Assembly: GCA_002633005.1 (NCBI GenBank)
Contig: NMRA01000195.1
Coordinates: 127,951 to 191,950, forward strand
DNA: 64,000 nt
Direction: 5' to 3'
Source of the DNA: Phoronis australis
Lineage: Eukaryota; Animalia; Phoronida
In this document: piece after piece, positions 12,680 through 25,648 of the stretch
Layout: each line of letters opens with the position of its first letter
Position numbering within the stretch: position 1 is the stretch's first letter
Notes under the pieces: model-generated
Told to the model about the DNA's origin: nothing
The model's input: the letters and a program-made list of their open reading frames with translations, nothing else
Database searches by the model: none
Made by a program: the position numbers and the translations under genes

Positions 12680-14020
12680 ACAAGTGTTACGGAAATTCAA
12701 AATGCTTAGGGAGTGGCTCGCGGTACTAAAGAATGAAAAGTACGCTGTTAATAGCAAGTACGTATATGAGGCCGTGAAACATCTCCATGTCGGTGGTTGG
12801 CAGTCGTCGACTGTGAGTCTGACGAATGCCGGCTTACCAAAGAACTATCCATACGTGGTACTTCGTGATCATTGTATTCCGGTTCGAACTGATAGCCTGT
12901 GAAACTTAACGAACCACCTGCAATGTCTTAGTCGGATGAGCTCTCGTCTATAATTAGGGATTGTGCGTTGCCATGTTGACATTTACATGTATTATTATGC
13001 CTTCTGTTTCAAAATGGATTATTGTCACCCTAACCGATGGTTATACAAAATTGAAAGAAAGTCTGTCTAATTAAATACAATTTGTAATGTCTTTTGAATA
13101 TTCGTGAGTACAAATGTTTTGAGAAGCCAGCAATGAATAAACCACCACGTTACCGGCTTTAGATGCAATGACGGTAATTGACCGGGCACCGAAACCATGT
13201 GTTTATTTACATGTAGATATACGTTTACAAATTCATTATTCACATCATTGTTACTGCACAACTTTTTCCCTGACGGTTCTGTAAAAGGCAACTTGACTTC
13301 GCGGCCCCCGACAAGTAAGTAGATTTAGTTTCGTGGTTAATTCGCCAGAATAATTACGTGCACAGTATTTTTTTTGGCTCACTAGTATAGTCTGTTCGTG
13401 ACTGGAGGTTTAGTTACAAACATAAGTTGGTTCATGTTCGTGATGTCCAGTCCTGCGGCTGCGACGGTTCTGATCGGGTTACTAGACACTGGCTGGGATA
13501 TCCAGCGTTTTGTTTGTTTGTGGACTGAAAAAATCGCAAGTCTGAAAGTAAAACACATAGCTATCTTTTATGTCTGTATTTCACTGAAGAATAATTCGAA
13601 TTGATCACCAAACAGACCCAAACTCCGGTGATCGACCATGATAAAATGGCCCAGTTTGCCTAGGAGTCTACACTACTTGACCGAACTCTGTAGGCCAACG
13701 TACGTTCAAATACCTATAAATTCGTAACAGTGAAATAAAACAACACGTTTGTTCAAGAACTCGATGAATATGTAAGAGTTTTACATCGAAATTTGATGAT
13801 TTGTTGGTGTAAAACGATGCATTCAAGCGATAAGTTGACACTAGTAAGCATGTTGTGAACGGCTGAACAGACTGCGTTCGAACCGATTACGTCATTTGTT
13901 AATTTCAACACCTCCGTCTGCCGTCAGGTGTCAGGTAAAACAATTAAACTTGCTGTTATCGAGTGGAACTACTCGATCTAAATTGATGCAAAATAGGTCG
14001 TTTTTGGGTCGTACTCTCCC
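12680..14020 (+). mobile_element. Kolobok-like THAP element, copy 2 (inverted; truncated within THAP)
   Basis: Reverse complement of 17095-18500. Remnant MLREWLAVLKNEKYAVNSKYVYEAVKH. Degenerate terminus GATCTAAATTGATGCAAAATAGGTCGTTTTTGGGTCGTACTCTCCC|TTA. Confidence 0.85.
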
Positions 14021-15005
14021 TTATTGTTGCTCTTGAAAACAGAGTATACCAAGCGCAATCTGTGAAAGTCTGACCTCTGGCCCCTATGACGTGTAAGAGA
14101 AAACTCACTTCTAATAGAAAACTGTCAGCATCCTTCCCACATAGTTACATGTACATTTAAAACAGCTTAGAAACCAAGTGCATTTTTAATTTGTTTGTTC
14201 TTATTGTAATGTTGCCGTGTTTCAACAGGTTCTTTTTGTTTAATGGAGTCGTGTAAGTTAAAACGTACTAAAATCATTCGCGTCATTAAACGTCAGATTT
14301 TTTAAATTTGAGACAGCGATTTTGTTCAGATCCTCAAGTTACAAAAATAGAAGTTTGATAAAATTTTACAATGCAGGGGTCCATATAAGAAAATTGACTT
14401 ACCAAAGGCAGCTGGTCTTAGGTTGCCGACAAATTTAAGATACGACTTCATTTCGTCTGAAGTTGTTTTAACGAAACAGATTCTTTTTTGACTTGAGGTT
14501 TGTCTTAATTTTGGATGTCGAAGCTTCATATTGGAAGTTGAGACAAATCTTAGAGAGAACGTGTCCCTGCTGTGTTTCCTAGTTATACCCACCCGGTAGT
14601 GCATCAGAGTAAAAAACACCGAGATACGGGCATGGTTAAAACATAAAATAACCGTTTCAATAACAAAAATCGTAATGATAATTGACCCAATCATAACAAT
14701 GACAAGAATTATGTGGTATACACCCTCTTCGACTTAGAATAGGCCTATAGCCAGGACTCATATTCGGTTGAGTCACTACTTTTGAGGGACTGTGGCCAAT
14801 TTAAGAAGGACACAGAATATCTCCAGAGAAGATAAAACAATACCGAGGAAAATTGTAAATTACTTTGCGTGCAAAACTCGGTTATTAGAGAGTTTCGGCA
14901 ACACGTAAAAAGGGAAAACGAACGTGTGAGTCACCAAAGGTCACAGGTTCACACTCCCGTGTGCGTCGTGTTCACAAACCCGTCTAAACTAATGGGTACC
15001 AGTCC

Positions 15006-15320
15006 AGAGGCGGATTTAGAGGGGGTGGGACAAGGGGGCCATACCCCCAGCTAAAATTCTCCCAAGATACCATTTGGCATTTCGGGGTGCGAATTATTGA
15101 CTTGCCTAAACGACCATCCCGGGGGGCTCATCGGCTAATACACAATGCATAGGCCTTGAACAAGTTGAACAAGCACCCATACCGTTTTTTTTTTTAGTAA
15201 TAAGGTCAACAAACTCAAAAATTCGAGGCCCCTGCAACCTTACATTTTAGGATGGGCGCGCGAATGTGGCGACTTTCTGCTACTCCCGTTTCCTGGTCCC
15301 CCTAACTCAAAATCCCTGCA
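15006..15320. mobile_element. GC-rich short TIR element remnant (GGCGGATTTAG family; related termini at 16615, 58420-58437, 62057)
   Basis: GGCGGATTTAGAGGGG at 15008 and 16616, with the reverse complement CCCCTCTAAATCCGCCACT at ~58418-58436. Confidence 0.5.
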
Positions 15321-15599
15321 GTCGGCGATTTACTACAAATATATCAGTTATACGGGGCTTAAAATGCTAAGGTTATCGACAGTGAAAATAGCTGGTTTGA
15401 GCGCGGTGTCAAGGAGGCTCTATTAATCTTCACAAAAATATAGCTCTCGTAGTGGAGCGAGATTCAACCTACAGGTATACAAAACCTGGCACAGGGGGCA
15501 CATAACAACTCTCATAGGGGTTTGCATATCAGAACGCACTTCAAAGGACTCGTCCCCTTTTTTCACTCTGTCAAAACTTGCATGCAAAGAAAAAAGTTT

Positions 15600-16110
15600 T
15601 GAGTCATTTCACATCACAAGCCCTACAGATGAGCACAGAAACTTTATTCGCTCTTGTATTTTTGACCCTTTCACTCCTACTGAAAACCAAACTTGACTAA
15701 AAAACACAGGTGCAAAAATACCCGCAAAATCGCTACAGTTCACCCCAAAACCAATACTTCTCCGCCGAAGCTTGACTACAGCCAACATTATATTCCGAAA
15801 GCAAATTTCCTACCAATTCCAAAAATGTGGCCCAACGATATGGGCCCAACATTACTGTAAACTATCTATGTTTTTTGCAAATAAGGCTTGTTTGAGGGCT
15901 ACATGAAATCGCAGCCAATTTGTCAGTCGCTACCATGCAGCAATGCGCAATTGAAAGAGAGGCCAGCCATCATGACAAAAATGCAGCTACAGCCATGTAA
16001 GGGGCCTTTTTTCATTCCCAACGTGTACACAAATACAAAAAAGTCACATTCACTTGACTTACATGTACTTGCAATACCTAACTAAAAATGCCCCCAAGAT
16101 TGGACTACCT
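15600..16110 (+). repeat. Dispersed repeat, copy A (paralog at 54040-54530)
   Basis: CACATC(A/G)CAAGCCCTACAGATGAGCACAGAAA..CTCTTGTATTTTTGACCCTTTCACTC and CCAATTCCAAAAATGTGG, CTTGTTTGAGGGCTAC are collinear over ~500 bp. Confidence 0.85.
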
Positions 16111-17094
16111 GTGGATGTTATGAAATTGTAACATATGCCACGTGACACCAAAGTTCAGATTTACATGTATTATCCAACACTACAGTTACCTGTGGATGTG
16201 AAGAAAAAATCATTTTTGGAAAATAATCATTTAATAAAAGGGCTGGGGGCACAAAACACGTTCAGAGCCTGGCTCCCACAAACTGCCATCAGGCTCGCTT
16301 GGTTGAACAGCTTGCTCCCCTGTTTACGCATCATTGTGAAACCTACCACAAGAAATACCACGACATGAGAGTAAATTATCCCAAAAACTACGTATTTTTA
16401 AGTAAAAAGAATATTGTAGTGTAAATGAACAATAAATCAATCGAGATTATTTAACCCTGGTTTATGGAGGGCTTCTGTTTATCTAGTCATTCCCAAAGAT
16501 GTCTCATAAACTTCAAAAGAGAAAGGCATAATTTGAAATGGTTATCAAACTGTGGTGAATCGTCATGAGCACCTGTCCCAAAGGTACAGATGCTCTTCCT
16601 CAGATACTTTTCATAGGCGGATTTAGAGGGGCCCAGGGGGCCGATCCCCTCCCTTGGCTGCCGCAAAAAAAATAAAACAGCAAGAGCGTAGGGAAATTTT
16701 GAGTTTACTAATTAACTCCGGTAATTGAAATTATACGGCTGAAACAAGATTTCAACGTGTGCAAATTAAGTGTTTAGGGTGGGGGGGGGGCTCAGATCCA
16801 ATTTCAAGTGTCAAATTCGGAACACGGCGCAGTCGTAACGGAACTAGGACTAAGTATAGGCTCTCTCGCCATATCTCAGGCGATCGGCAGTGGCGCTGCG
16901 CACTACGACTCCATTTACGTCGTCTGCTTCACTGTGCAATGAAGAAAACTACTTCATTTTTTAAAGAAAATGGAATCTGAGTGATGATGAAAAAACAGAA
17001 GCTGCTGGTAAAATGTCAATTTTACTCGAAGAATTTATGCAGAATTTATTGCGATTGATTCTGACATACTGCGAGCACGTGCACAAGGCTTTAA

Positions 17095-18752
17095 ACGAGC
17101 ATGCCACCCAAAAACAACCTAATTTGTATCAATTTAGATCGAGTAGTTTTACTCCATAACGACAAATACGGTTGCGTTACCTGACATCTGACGGCAAACG
17201 GAGGCATTGAAATTATCCAATGACGTCATCGGTTTCACACGCTGTCTGTTCAGCAGTTCACAACACTGGTTACTGGTGTCAACTTATCGCTTGAAGTCAT
17301 CGTTTAACACCAACAAATCATCAAACTTCGATGTAAAACCCTTAAAAATACACCGAGTTCTTATAAAAACGTGTTGTTTTATTTCGCTCTTACGGATTTA
17401 TTTGTATTTGGACACACCGTAGCCTACAAAGTTCGGCAGGCCAATAAGGTCCGTATCAGGAGTTTGGGGTCTGTTCGGAGATGATTTTGAAGTATTTCCG
17501 TGAGATACAGACAGGACAACGTAGATCTGTGTTGTTTAGACTTGTGATTTTTTGAGTTCTAAACACAAAACGCTTGTTATCCTGGCCAGTGGCTCGGAGC
17601 CCGATCAGGCCAGTCGCGGCCGACCGGATTGACTCCAGGCCAGTGGCTCGGAAACTGATCAGACATCACGAACATAAACCAGCCAAAGTTCAGAGGAAAC
17701 TAAACTTCCAGTCAAGAAAATACTATACTAGTGAGCCAAAGTAATGTGCAACTGATTATGTTGGTGAATTAGCCACGAAACTGCAAACTTTCTTTCTTCC
17801 TTGGGGGCAGCGAACTCAGGTTCCGTATTGGCCACAGCACCGTCAGGACAGAAGTTGTACATTGACAATCATTATTTGAGTAATGTAAATGTAAATAAAG
17901 ATTCCCCTAACACTTGGCCGTGGGGTGGAAATCGAGTTGTTTCACAAGTGTTTCTGCCAGCAAACACTAAATTAGCATGAGCTCACACGGCCTCGGTGTC
18001 GAGTCAATTTGTTTTATAAAGCCGGTAACGCAGTGATTTATTCATTGTTGGCTCCTCAAATCATTTGCACTCACGAACACTCCTAAGGCATTACAAATTT
18101 CATCTAATGAGACAGACTTTGTTTCAGTTTTGTATAAGTATTGGTTAGGGTGAGAATAATTCATTTCGAAACAGAACACTCAGTAATAAACACAAACATG
18201 GCAACTCGCAATCCCGACATAGGACGAGAGAGAGCTCAGTTCCGACTTCGCAGATGGATTGTTAAGTTTTACAGCGTATCAATTCCAACAGGAATACACA
18301 GATTAATACTAGAGAGGCGCCGTGAACAAGCTCAGACAACGGAACGTATGGATTTATTTGGTAAGCCGGCATTTGTCAGGCACTGTCGACGTCTGCAGGC
18401 CACGGACACGGAAATGTTTCACGGCCTCATACTTGCTATTTACAGCGTACATTTCATTCTTCACTACCATGAGCCACTCCCTAAGCATTTCGGAGTCTCG
18501 AGGAAGTACAACAAAACGATATACCCGCTTTCCTCGCAGCTGCTTAGTTCGGACAAGCGGGAACGATGCACCGCAACATAGCGGCATTCACTCTGCATAT
18601 GAACCACTGACGTCGCTAGCGTCGTTTCTCACCTTCCTCACAGGTTAACGCGACACCTCTTGGCAAGGTAAGGTCGACCGCATGCGAGGCGAAGTGGATA
18701 TAGACCGATTAAGACGGCAAAAAAGACAAATTAAATCGGGTGGCCTTCTCGT
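17095..18752 (-). mobile_element. Kolobok-like THAP element, copy 3 (both ends present, ~1.66 kb)
   Basis: TTAA (17091-94)|ACGAGCATGCCACCC ... GGGTGGCCTTCTCGT|TTAA (18753-56). The 15-bp TIRs, TTAA target site and THAP domain fit the Kolobok superfamily. Confidence 0.88.
18354..18590 (-). pseudogene. Degenerate THAP zinc-finger ORF in element copy 3
   Basis: LPRDSEMLREWLMVVKNEMYAVNSKYEAVKHFRV aligns to the ORF at 45544-45819. It is frameshifted near the N-terminus and has lost the C-x2-H-F motif. Confidence 0.8.
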
Positions 18753-21239
18753 TTAAGTGCACTATTACTGCCCCCAAGTAATTGGAGCATGCAGACACCA
18801 CGAACGTAAAACTGTTTACATGGATACAAATTAAGCTAAACTTGCGTATCAAAACTTTCTGCATTAAGTTTTATATCGCATATTAAGAAAAATTACTTAA
18901 TGGACCAAAACTCATATCCAAATAAACGTCTGGGCGTACATGTGTACTTAGAAGTGTCTATCATCTAGGTATGTCGGCGTTCGGGTGTACATGTATCAAT
19001 AACATCGCCTGCAAGCAACTGCAAAATTGCTCACTATGCAAGGGAATACAAAGTATTGCCGATGTCTGATAGGAGCTTATTGCTAAAATCTACTTCATTT
19101 ATTTTGAAATCTTTGCATAATGGTTGTATATCTTTGTGTTTAAACTAAGAGGTTATCTCCCATGTGAAATTATCTCCCGTAGTTGTGCTAGTTATAAGTT
19201 TTATCCACAATGCTTTTCACTGAGCGTTCAATGTCGGCCAGCTATCTTTGTTATGATTTTTTGTTTTTATTTTGCTCAATAAACTTTCCTCAAAGAAAGT
19301 GGTTTTCTCGCTCACACATTTCAACAATTTACGATTGTCTTGTCCTTTTCCACTGGCAGTTTCAAGGTTAAATCGTGCATTTTTTCAAGAAAACGCACTA
19401 GGCGTATCTCTTTATTTTCAACCGATTCCTTCAATCTGAATTTGAAAACATTTGTTTCCGATAATAATTTTCCGAATAAATCGCACCTGAGCTTTCACTT
19501 GCTTTGAAATATTTCAAAATTGAGCCCGGATTTTTTTGTGTAATCAGTTTTGCATGTTGAGCTTTCCGTTACTGAAAGTCACAGCGCTGTTTTCCGCCGT
19601 GTACTCCTTTTTGGCAATTTGAGAAGAGTGAACGTGAAGCCTTTTGCAGGTGAAGATACATGTAGCAACGTTGGCAATGACACTTGACCGTGTAACATTG
19701 CGTGCGTTTCTGTAGTGTAACAATAAACGGTGTGTCCGAACATGTGTTCCAAGCCCAGCACTAACACTGTTACCCAATAAGGTGTGTCTGTTAGAGGGTA
19801 TCGGTACCGCCAGCGGTAGAGCAACAGGTGACTTGGAGGGTGACTCTCGATAAATTTGGACTATTCCCATAGTCAACCTCGGATAGAATTGCTACGTTTC
19901 CGTCATTGAGCCTTTATTAAGTTATTAAATTGACTGGAGTGTGTATTAAATGATCCTCGTTTCATACATGTATCATAAACCGGCGTTCGTGAATCCAAAG
20001 CTATAATTCGCAGGCCAGGCTTGAGCCATCTCGTAACAAATGATAAAAAGAACTATTTAATAACTATTCTATCTTGTGACCAGTACCAATTCTGTAGATC
20101 CCGAAACAACTACATGTACGTGTGCGACAGAGATAAACAACAGAAACCGGAGAGAGAAAGCACAAATTATATAAGAGCCATTGCTAGGGTGGATACAGCG
20201 TTTGGAACGTTATTTGGGCAGCCATTGAGTAAAAATGCTCGCACTGATTCGCCGTAAAATGTAACAATTTCGCAAAATGTAACAGTTGTTACATTATCAT
20301 CAATGCTACATTTTACGTTGCTAGGTCTCTCCTAAAATGTAACAACAAGTCGTTACATTTTATGTATTTGTTACAATTTACGTCGAATGCACATGCGAGA
20401 ATTTTACCTTTTTAACATTTTATGAAAGTCATATTTCATGAGTTTGCCTGGTATTTGTGACACGGAGGAAAAAAGTTCACACACCTAACACCTTCTTTCT
20501 CGGATTGCTTGAATGAACTTCTCTCAAATGTGCCGGCTCGAATTTATACATGTAGATGTGTCCCTATGTACTTTCCACTGTTTTTTTACACAAGTAGTTT
20601 CCTGGTGTAGTCAAAAATGTACTTCCTACAGTATCAATTCCAGACGAAAGGAGTTTCCAGGAACAGGTAGCAAGTTTTTTACTTGTTAAAGCGTTCTTGC
20701 AGTCTTTTGTTGGTGCTCGCATGTCATAAATCAACGACCTTCCGCTGGTAAGCACAGCAGAAACACTGGCATCGTATTTGGCTAATATTTGTTGTATTTC
20801 AACGGAAACAAACGACATTGATTTATTTTCATGGGGAATTCAATTTCGGAAGCCAATTTGATAGGAAACACCCCCGTTTTGGTCCAAAATAGTTTAGTTT
20901 CATTCAGCCAGTGTTTCAGTACCTTGGAGTCATCGCTAATGTAGTAATTGCCCTGCACCACCAAAAGAGGAAGACCAAAGTTTCTGATGCCGACGGGTTG
21001 TGCCTACCACCTTAGTTATCAATGACAATTTGACCTTGTTGTGCAAGCAAATAAAAACATGCATTTTTCGCGGGCAGGTTGGCAGATTTTACCAGTTCAA
21101 GGGCAAAAGTTCGACTTTTGAGAATGGCAATAGTTTAAAAAGTGGCGGTTTAGTAATGTGTTTTAGGCAGCTTAAAAGTGGAAAGAAGTATCATTGTTCC
21201 AATAATTACTAACCTGTCTGAAATACATGTAGTGTTTGT

Positions 21240-21376
21240 AAATAATAATGATAACAAGAACGATAACGAGTAACAGTAGTAATCGTAGTAATATCAGTTA
21301 TGGTAGGAAAGGTACCCATAGCAGTAATAGTAGTAATAGTAGTGTTAATAATGTAGTACTAATAAAAATGATAATG
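21240..21376. repeat. Degenerate AAT/AGT low-complexity repeat
   Basis: Runs of aataataatg / agtaatagtagtaat. Confidence 0.7.
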
Positions 21377-21402
21377 GGTAGTCAAAATCATTTCGTGTGA
21401 GC

Positions 21403-21680
21403 CTGGAGGGCATTCCTATAGACGAGGTATACAAAAAGTGTCCCCAAAAAGGTGTTTCTCACAGAAAAAATACTCTCTAAATGGTGCCATTTTCGACAAA
21501 ATATTATCTAAAAGGGTGCCTTTTTGAATTTTTGTGGAACATAACTATGCAAAAATGTGAACTTTATACAAAAGTAGTCACTAAATGGGTCACTTTTTGT
21601 CCAACTCAGTCTCTAAACGGGTAGGTATCCAAATTTTTCGGGCTGCACCCCTCGTTCAAAAATACTCCCGAACCCCCTGG
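21403..21680. mobile_element. Nested MITE-like element with internal CTAAA(N)GGGT repeats
   Basis: Ends CCTGGAGGG.. / ..CCCCCTGG. Repeated CTAAATGGTGCC, CTAAAAGGGTGCC, CTAAATGGGTC and CTAAACGGGT. Confidence 0.45.
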
Positions 21681-24177
21681 CAGTGCCATACATGTACATA
21701 AACAACAAATTTGTTGTAGTGGCTGGTACTACTAACTACATTGTTAACGAATTATAATTTTGAATTTGCTTCCAATTCAAAGCGCTTCGCATAATTATCA
21801 GGCCTACTCGGCCAACCACTTGTTCTTGATATGGGTCATGTTCTTTGTAATATGACGTTGGTTTCGCAAAATGTAACAACGGTACATTTCTCGCATGTGC
21901 ATCTAGTAAAATGTAACTACTTGTTATATTTTAGGAAAGGCTTGGCAACGTAAAATGTAACAATGACGTTAAATGTAACAATGACGTGAAGTGTAACAGT
22001 TGTTACATGTGAAGGCGTATCACGGCACACCTCTCATGAATATTTTCAAGAGTGCCTCAAGCCCAATTCTTCCCAAGCACCCTTTTTAACTATGTGATAA
22101 ATCTCCTGCTTATTTCAACAAACCAATAATTTCTCCAAATAATTCACCTATCTGCAGTACGATTGACGTTCACGATCAATTTAGCTTTCAGCTCACTATC
22201 GGATTTTGACATTTCCTTTTAAAAACTGTGGTTGAATAATACATGTATCATAGTGGCTAACCGGTAAGCGGAGTTAGCCGGCAGATTTGCCATGCCGTTT
22301 TAAGAAAGACCGTTACTGTATTGATACAGTTGTAATTTACAATTCAATACCCTTCGATCGAATGCATCTGGGTTCAGATAAATGTCCCGGTAACACATTT
22401 CAAAACAATCGCAGATAGTCGATTATAAAAACACCCTGTGTCGCGCGTCGGCCGGGAGTACGATGAAGACAGGAAGAGAGATAACCGAGAGAAGACGAAT
22501 CCTTTGAGACAGTAAACACGAGCCGTATTTGTTCATGTAAAAACTGAAGATCCGATATTTTGTGTTCTGTATGCTAATACAAATGCACGTGTCAATTTTC
22601 GTTACTACAACTATGACTGAAAAGGCCACAGGCTCAGGAGTTAGAAACAAGAATAGAGCATGAGGTATGTCTAAGAATTGCCCTGCGAATTTGACGAAGG
22701 TTATGAAACTGGGTAACAATGTCATGATTTGATTAGTAGTTGTGCACTGTCAGTAAAAATTTGAAGAATGGCAGAGGGTTCTGAAATAAATTGAGTTAAA
22801 ATAACACTTTGTGAAAAAACGAAACTTTTATTTGGAATCGCCATTTCAACCAGAGATCAAACGAAATACGCAAGAAGGTAAAAAGTCAAATATGGTAAAA
22901 AGCAATCGATATTTAGACCATAATATCAAGAAATGCGTTTACACTACTCGTTGTTCTTCTATTCGTGGTCGGGAATTCAGACACAGAGGTTTGTTCCAAA
23001 TACGTAGATTAATGACTGATATGCATCTGATTCAACAGTGGTGCTTTCCGGTTACGCAACACACACGCGAGTGAAATCTAAAATGGACACGTTATTTGGA
23101 TAAAATGCATTGCGATATGTGTAGTAAGGCTTTGCTTTCTCTCAAGTGCCTTGCGTCTATCAAACGCAGCCCAGGACACCCTCTCAACCCGCAGTAACAA
23201 GATACATGTATTGCGTTTTCGCAAGGCCAACAGTCACCGCGCGAGTTCCCGGATTTGAGAAACACTCTGATGCCCGTTAATCAGTAGAGAAAAGTGATTA
23301 GCAGACTGCACGATCCCTGTACCTGCAAGTATCTACAAACCTCGCATTGGGTGCTAGCGAATCGCAGCTGCTGCAGTTGTCTGAAAACGAAGCAAAGTGT
23401 GTAGCTTGCCAAAAAACCAACATACATTGTAGTAGACCGTCATCTCGATTTGTCTCATTTGTTTATATAATCACGAAATTCCCTTGTCTCTACGTGTGCA
23501 TATGAGTGTACCATTTTACTGTGATGGAACTACACCTGTCCTCAAATTCTCCCTGGTAAAGTAATCAGTTGCATTGTACATCACGTGAGCATTTTCAACG
23601 TCGAATGCCTTTTTCAATTTGCTCCCGTGATACTGGGATCAAAATGAGTGATTTGAAACAATTCAAATGACCATTTCGCTGTGTTGGAACAGTCAAAGTA
23701 TTAGATGAAGTTGGTTTTCAGCTCAGTGGTATGAATATACCTTCAACAGGGTTTATTCTTTGTACTCATTTCAACTCGAAATCTATTTTGACATCTTCTG
23801 ATTTGATACTGTGCTAAGGCACGATATGGATCTAAAAACTTACACTCGAGTGCATTATGGTTTATGTGGAAGTCTAAGCCACGCATTAAATACACAATTA
23901 TGAGACGAAACTTGAAAATTTGAGTTTTACTCTAGTTTGTATCTCGTATCAAGGGGTCGTCAAGTTCATAATTGGACTAGGCCTTCATCTGAATGAATCG
24001 TACTGTACTCAAATTCACGTACAAGATTATAGAAAAGTTTTGTTCAACTCGAAACAAAAGTAGCAAATAAAAGGACAAAACAATTGCAAGTTTGATTTTG
24101 AGTTTTCAGATTAGACTGCAGGCCAAGATCTTGGTTCAAATCATGAATCTCTATTATTATAGATAGACGACTGTTTA

Positions 24178-25151
24178 TCAAACTTTCTTTTTTGTTTTGA
24201 TCTGAGTAATTGCCAGCGCAGCCACGCGCTGAAATTTGCTCCCATAATGCTGTTCTGCCAGTCTTCTGTACGTTTGCAATTCAAGCTGAGATTGATCATA
24301 TTGTTTTTGCAGTTCCAGCATGGACCTTTTCAAATCTCCATCTGTCTCCGAGTTAGCCGCTTTAGCTGTTATACGTTCCAAAGACGCGCACCTTTCCTCC
24401 AAAGCAGAATTTTGTAAACGCAAAATTTTCAAATCCGTTTCTTGGAGTTGGAGGTTATGTCTTTCGACATTAGCACACTTTTCTTCAATTTTTGATTTCT
24501 CTATTTTCATTTCTCGTAATTCTTTCTCAAATTGTTCAATCTTCTCTTTGTTCTTCTTCTGGTCTTCTTCCAAGTCCCGGATGTGCTCTGCGTAGCACTG
24601 CAGCTCTCCTTCTAATCGTTCACTTCTCTCGTCGCCTTCTTGCTGAACTTGGTATATTCTCTCTTTGTAGGTCTTCTTGACAACCATAATCAACTGATCG
24701 AGCCGATGGTGCTGTGAATTGGGCGGAACCTTCATTACTTCTAGGCACCGACTACGCTCCTCATGTGCCATCCGTAACTTTATCAAGAGCTGATCGACGC
24801 AATCTTCTAGCGTGTTCACTGGTTCGTCTGCGTCTACAGCCTCGATATCAGAATCGCTTACGCCATTTTGAATGTGTAAAGCGTCCTTTAGTTTGTTGTT
24901 TAACTTCTGTATGCGTCCATATATTTTAGGGAAAACTTGTTTTTCGAGATCTCGTGCATTTTTAGACATCTCGTCTTTCCAGGAGTTTCTTTCTGTTTGC
25001 AATTGATCCCCAAGCCATTTCTCTATACTCCTTTTGTCCCTCTCAGACATCTTCTTACTTATTCCAAAAATTTTATGCGTAATTATGCCAACTCGACTTT
25101 TGATGTCACTGTCGTGCCGGCTCTCGTGCATACCCGAACCGGAAGTGTCAT
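24178..25151 (-). CDS. Coiled-coil protein of unknown family, last coding exon (whole protein ~369 aa)
   Basis: A 317-aa ORF rich in E/K/Q/L with a heptad pattern. Acceptor TTCCAG|AT at 25152/25151 completes the phase-1 codon from the upstream exon. Confidence 0.85.
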
Positions 25152-25426
25152 CTGGAAGTACATTTGGTTCATAATCAAGTTAGAAGTCAAACACCAACAG
25201 TTTGTAAATACTGTACACAATGTAAATTTTTAAGATCGGCTTTTCTTTCGCCGGACGTTTCTGTATATGTATATTGGCTGTATGCATAATCGTTTAGGCG
25301 TACATTCCATCACCGGAGAGGCATATACCGTAATACTATGATTACAAGTAACAACAACAACAAAGACAACACCAACAGCGACACCAAGAACAACAAATAA
25401 TAATAATTCCAACTAATTGCATATTA

Positions 25427-25648
25427 TATGCGCGCACCAAGCCTAAAAAATGGGGGCTCGAAGTTTTGAGAATGTGGAACTTCACTAAAATTCATGGGGG
25501 ACATTCAGAGCTACGATTTATGCATTCGCCGAATTTTGGTAGTTCCTGCCTTTTTAGTGGACTTTTGTCTCGTTCTCTGCTTTTTTCTCTGAGGTGGACC
25601 TTTTTGCCCACTTTGTCAAATGGGTGCAATATCCTGGTTGCACGCATG
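25427..25648 (+). mobile_element. MITE (CATG-terminal family); inverted paralog at 42470-42682
   Basis: Shared GCATTC(G/A)CC(G/A)AA..TGGTAGT.CCTGCCTTTTTAGTGGACTTTTGT and AGCCTAAAAAAT. Confidence 0.7.

Larger units (their letters stand above)
20245..22022. mobile_element. DNA transposon derivative with long (~170-bp) TIRs built from AAATGTAACA repeats
   Basis: Termini TGATTCGCC.. / ..GGCGTATCA. Inverted blocks TGCACATGCGAGAA / TTCTCGCATGTGCA and ACATTTTACGTTGC / GCAACGTAAAATGT. No clean TSD seen. Confidence 0.7.

Noticed and set aside
18141-18648. + strand ORFs of 146 and 108 aa (also 45613-45912)
   Set aside because: Antisense to the THAP sequence, and the frames are not conserved between element copies.
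24320-25233. Several + strand ORFs
   Set aside because: Shadows of the coiled-coil exon (S/F/L-rich antisense reading).
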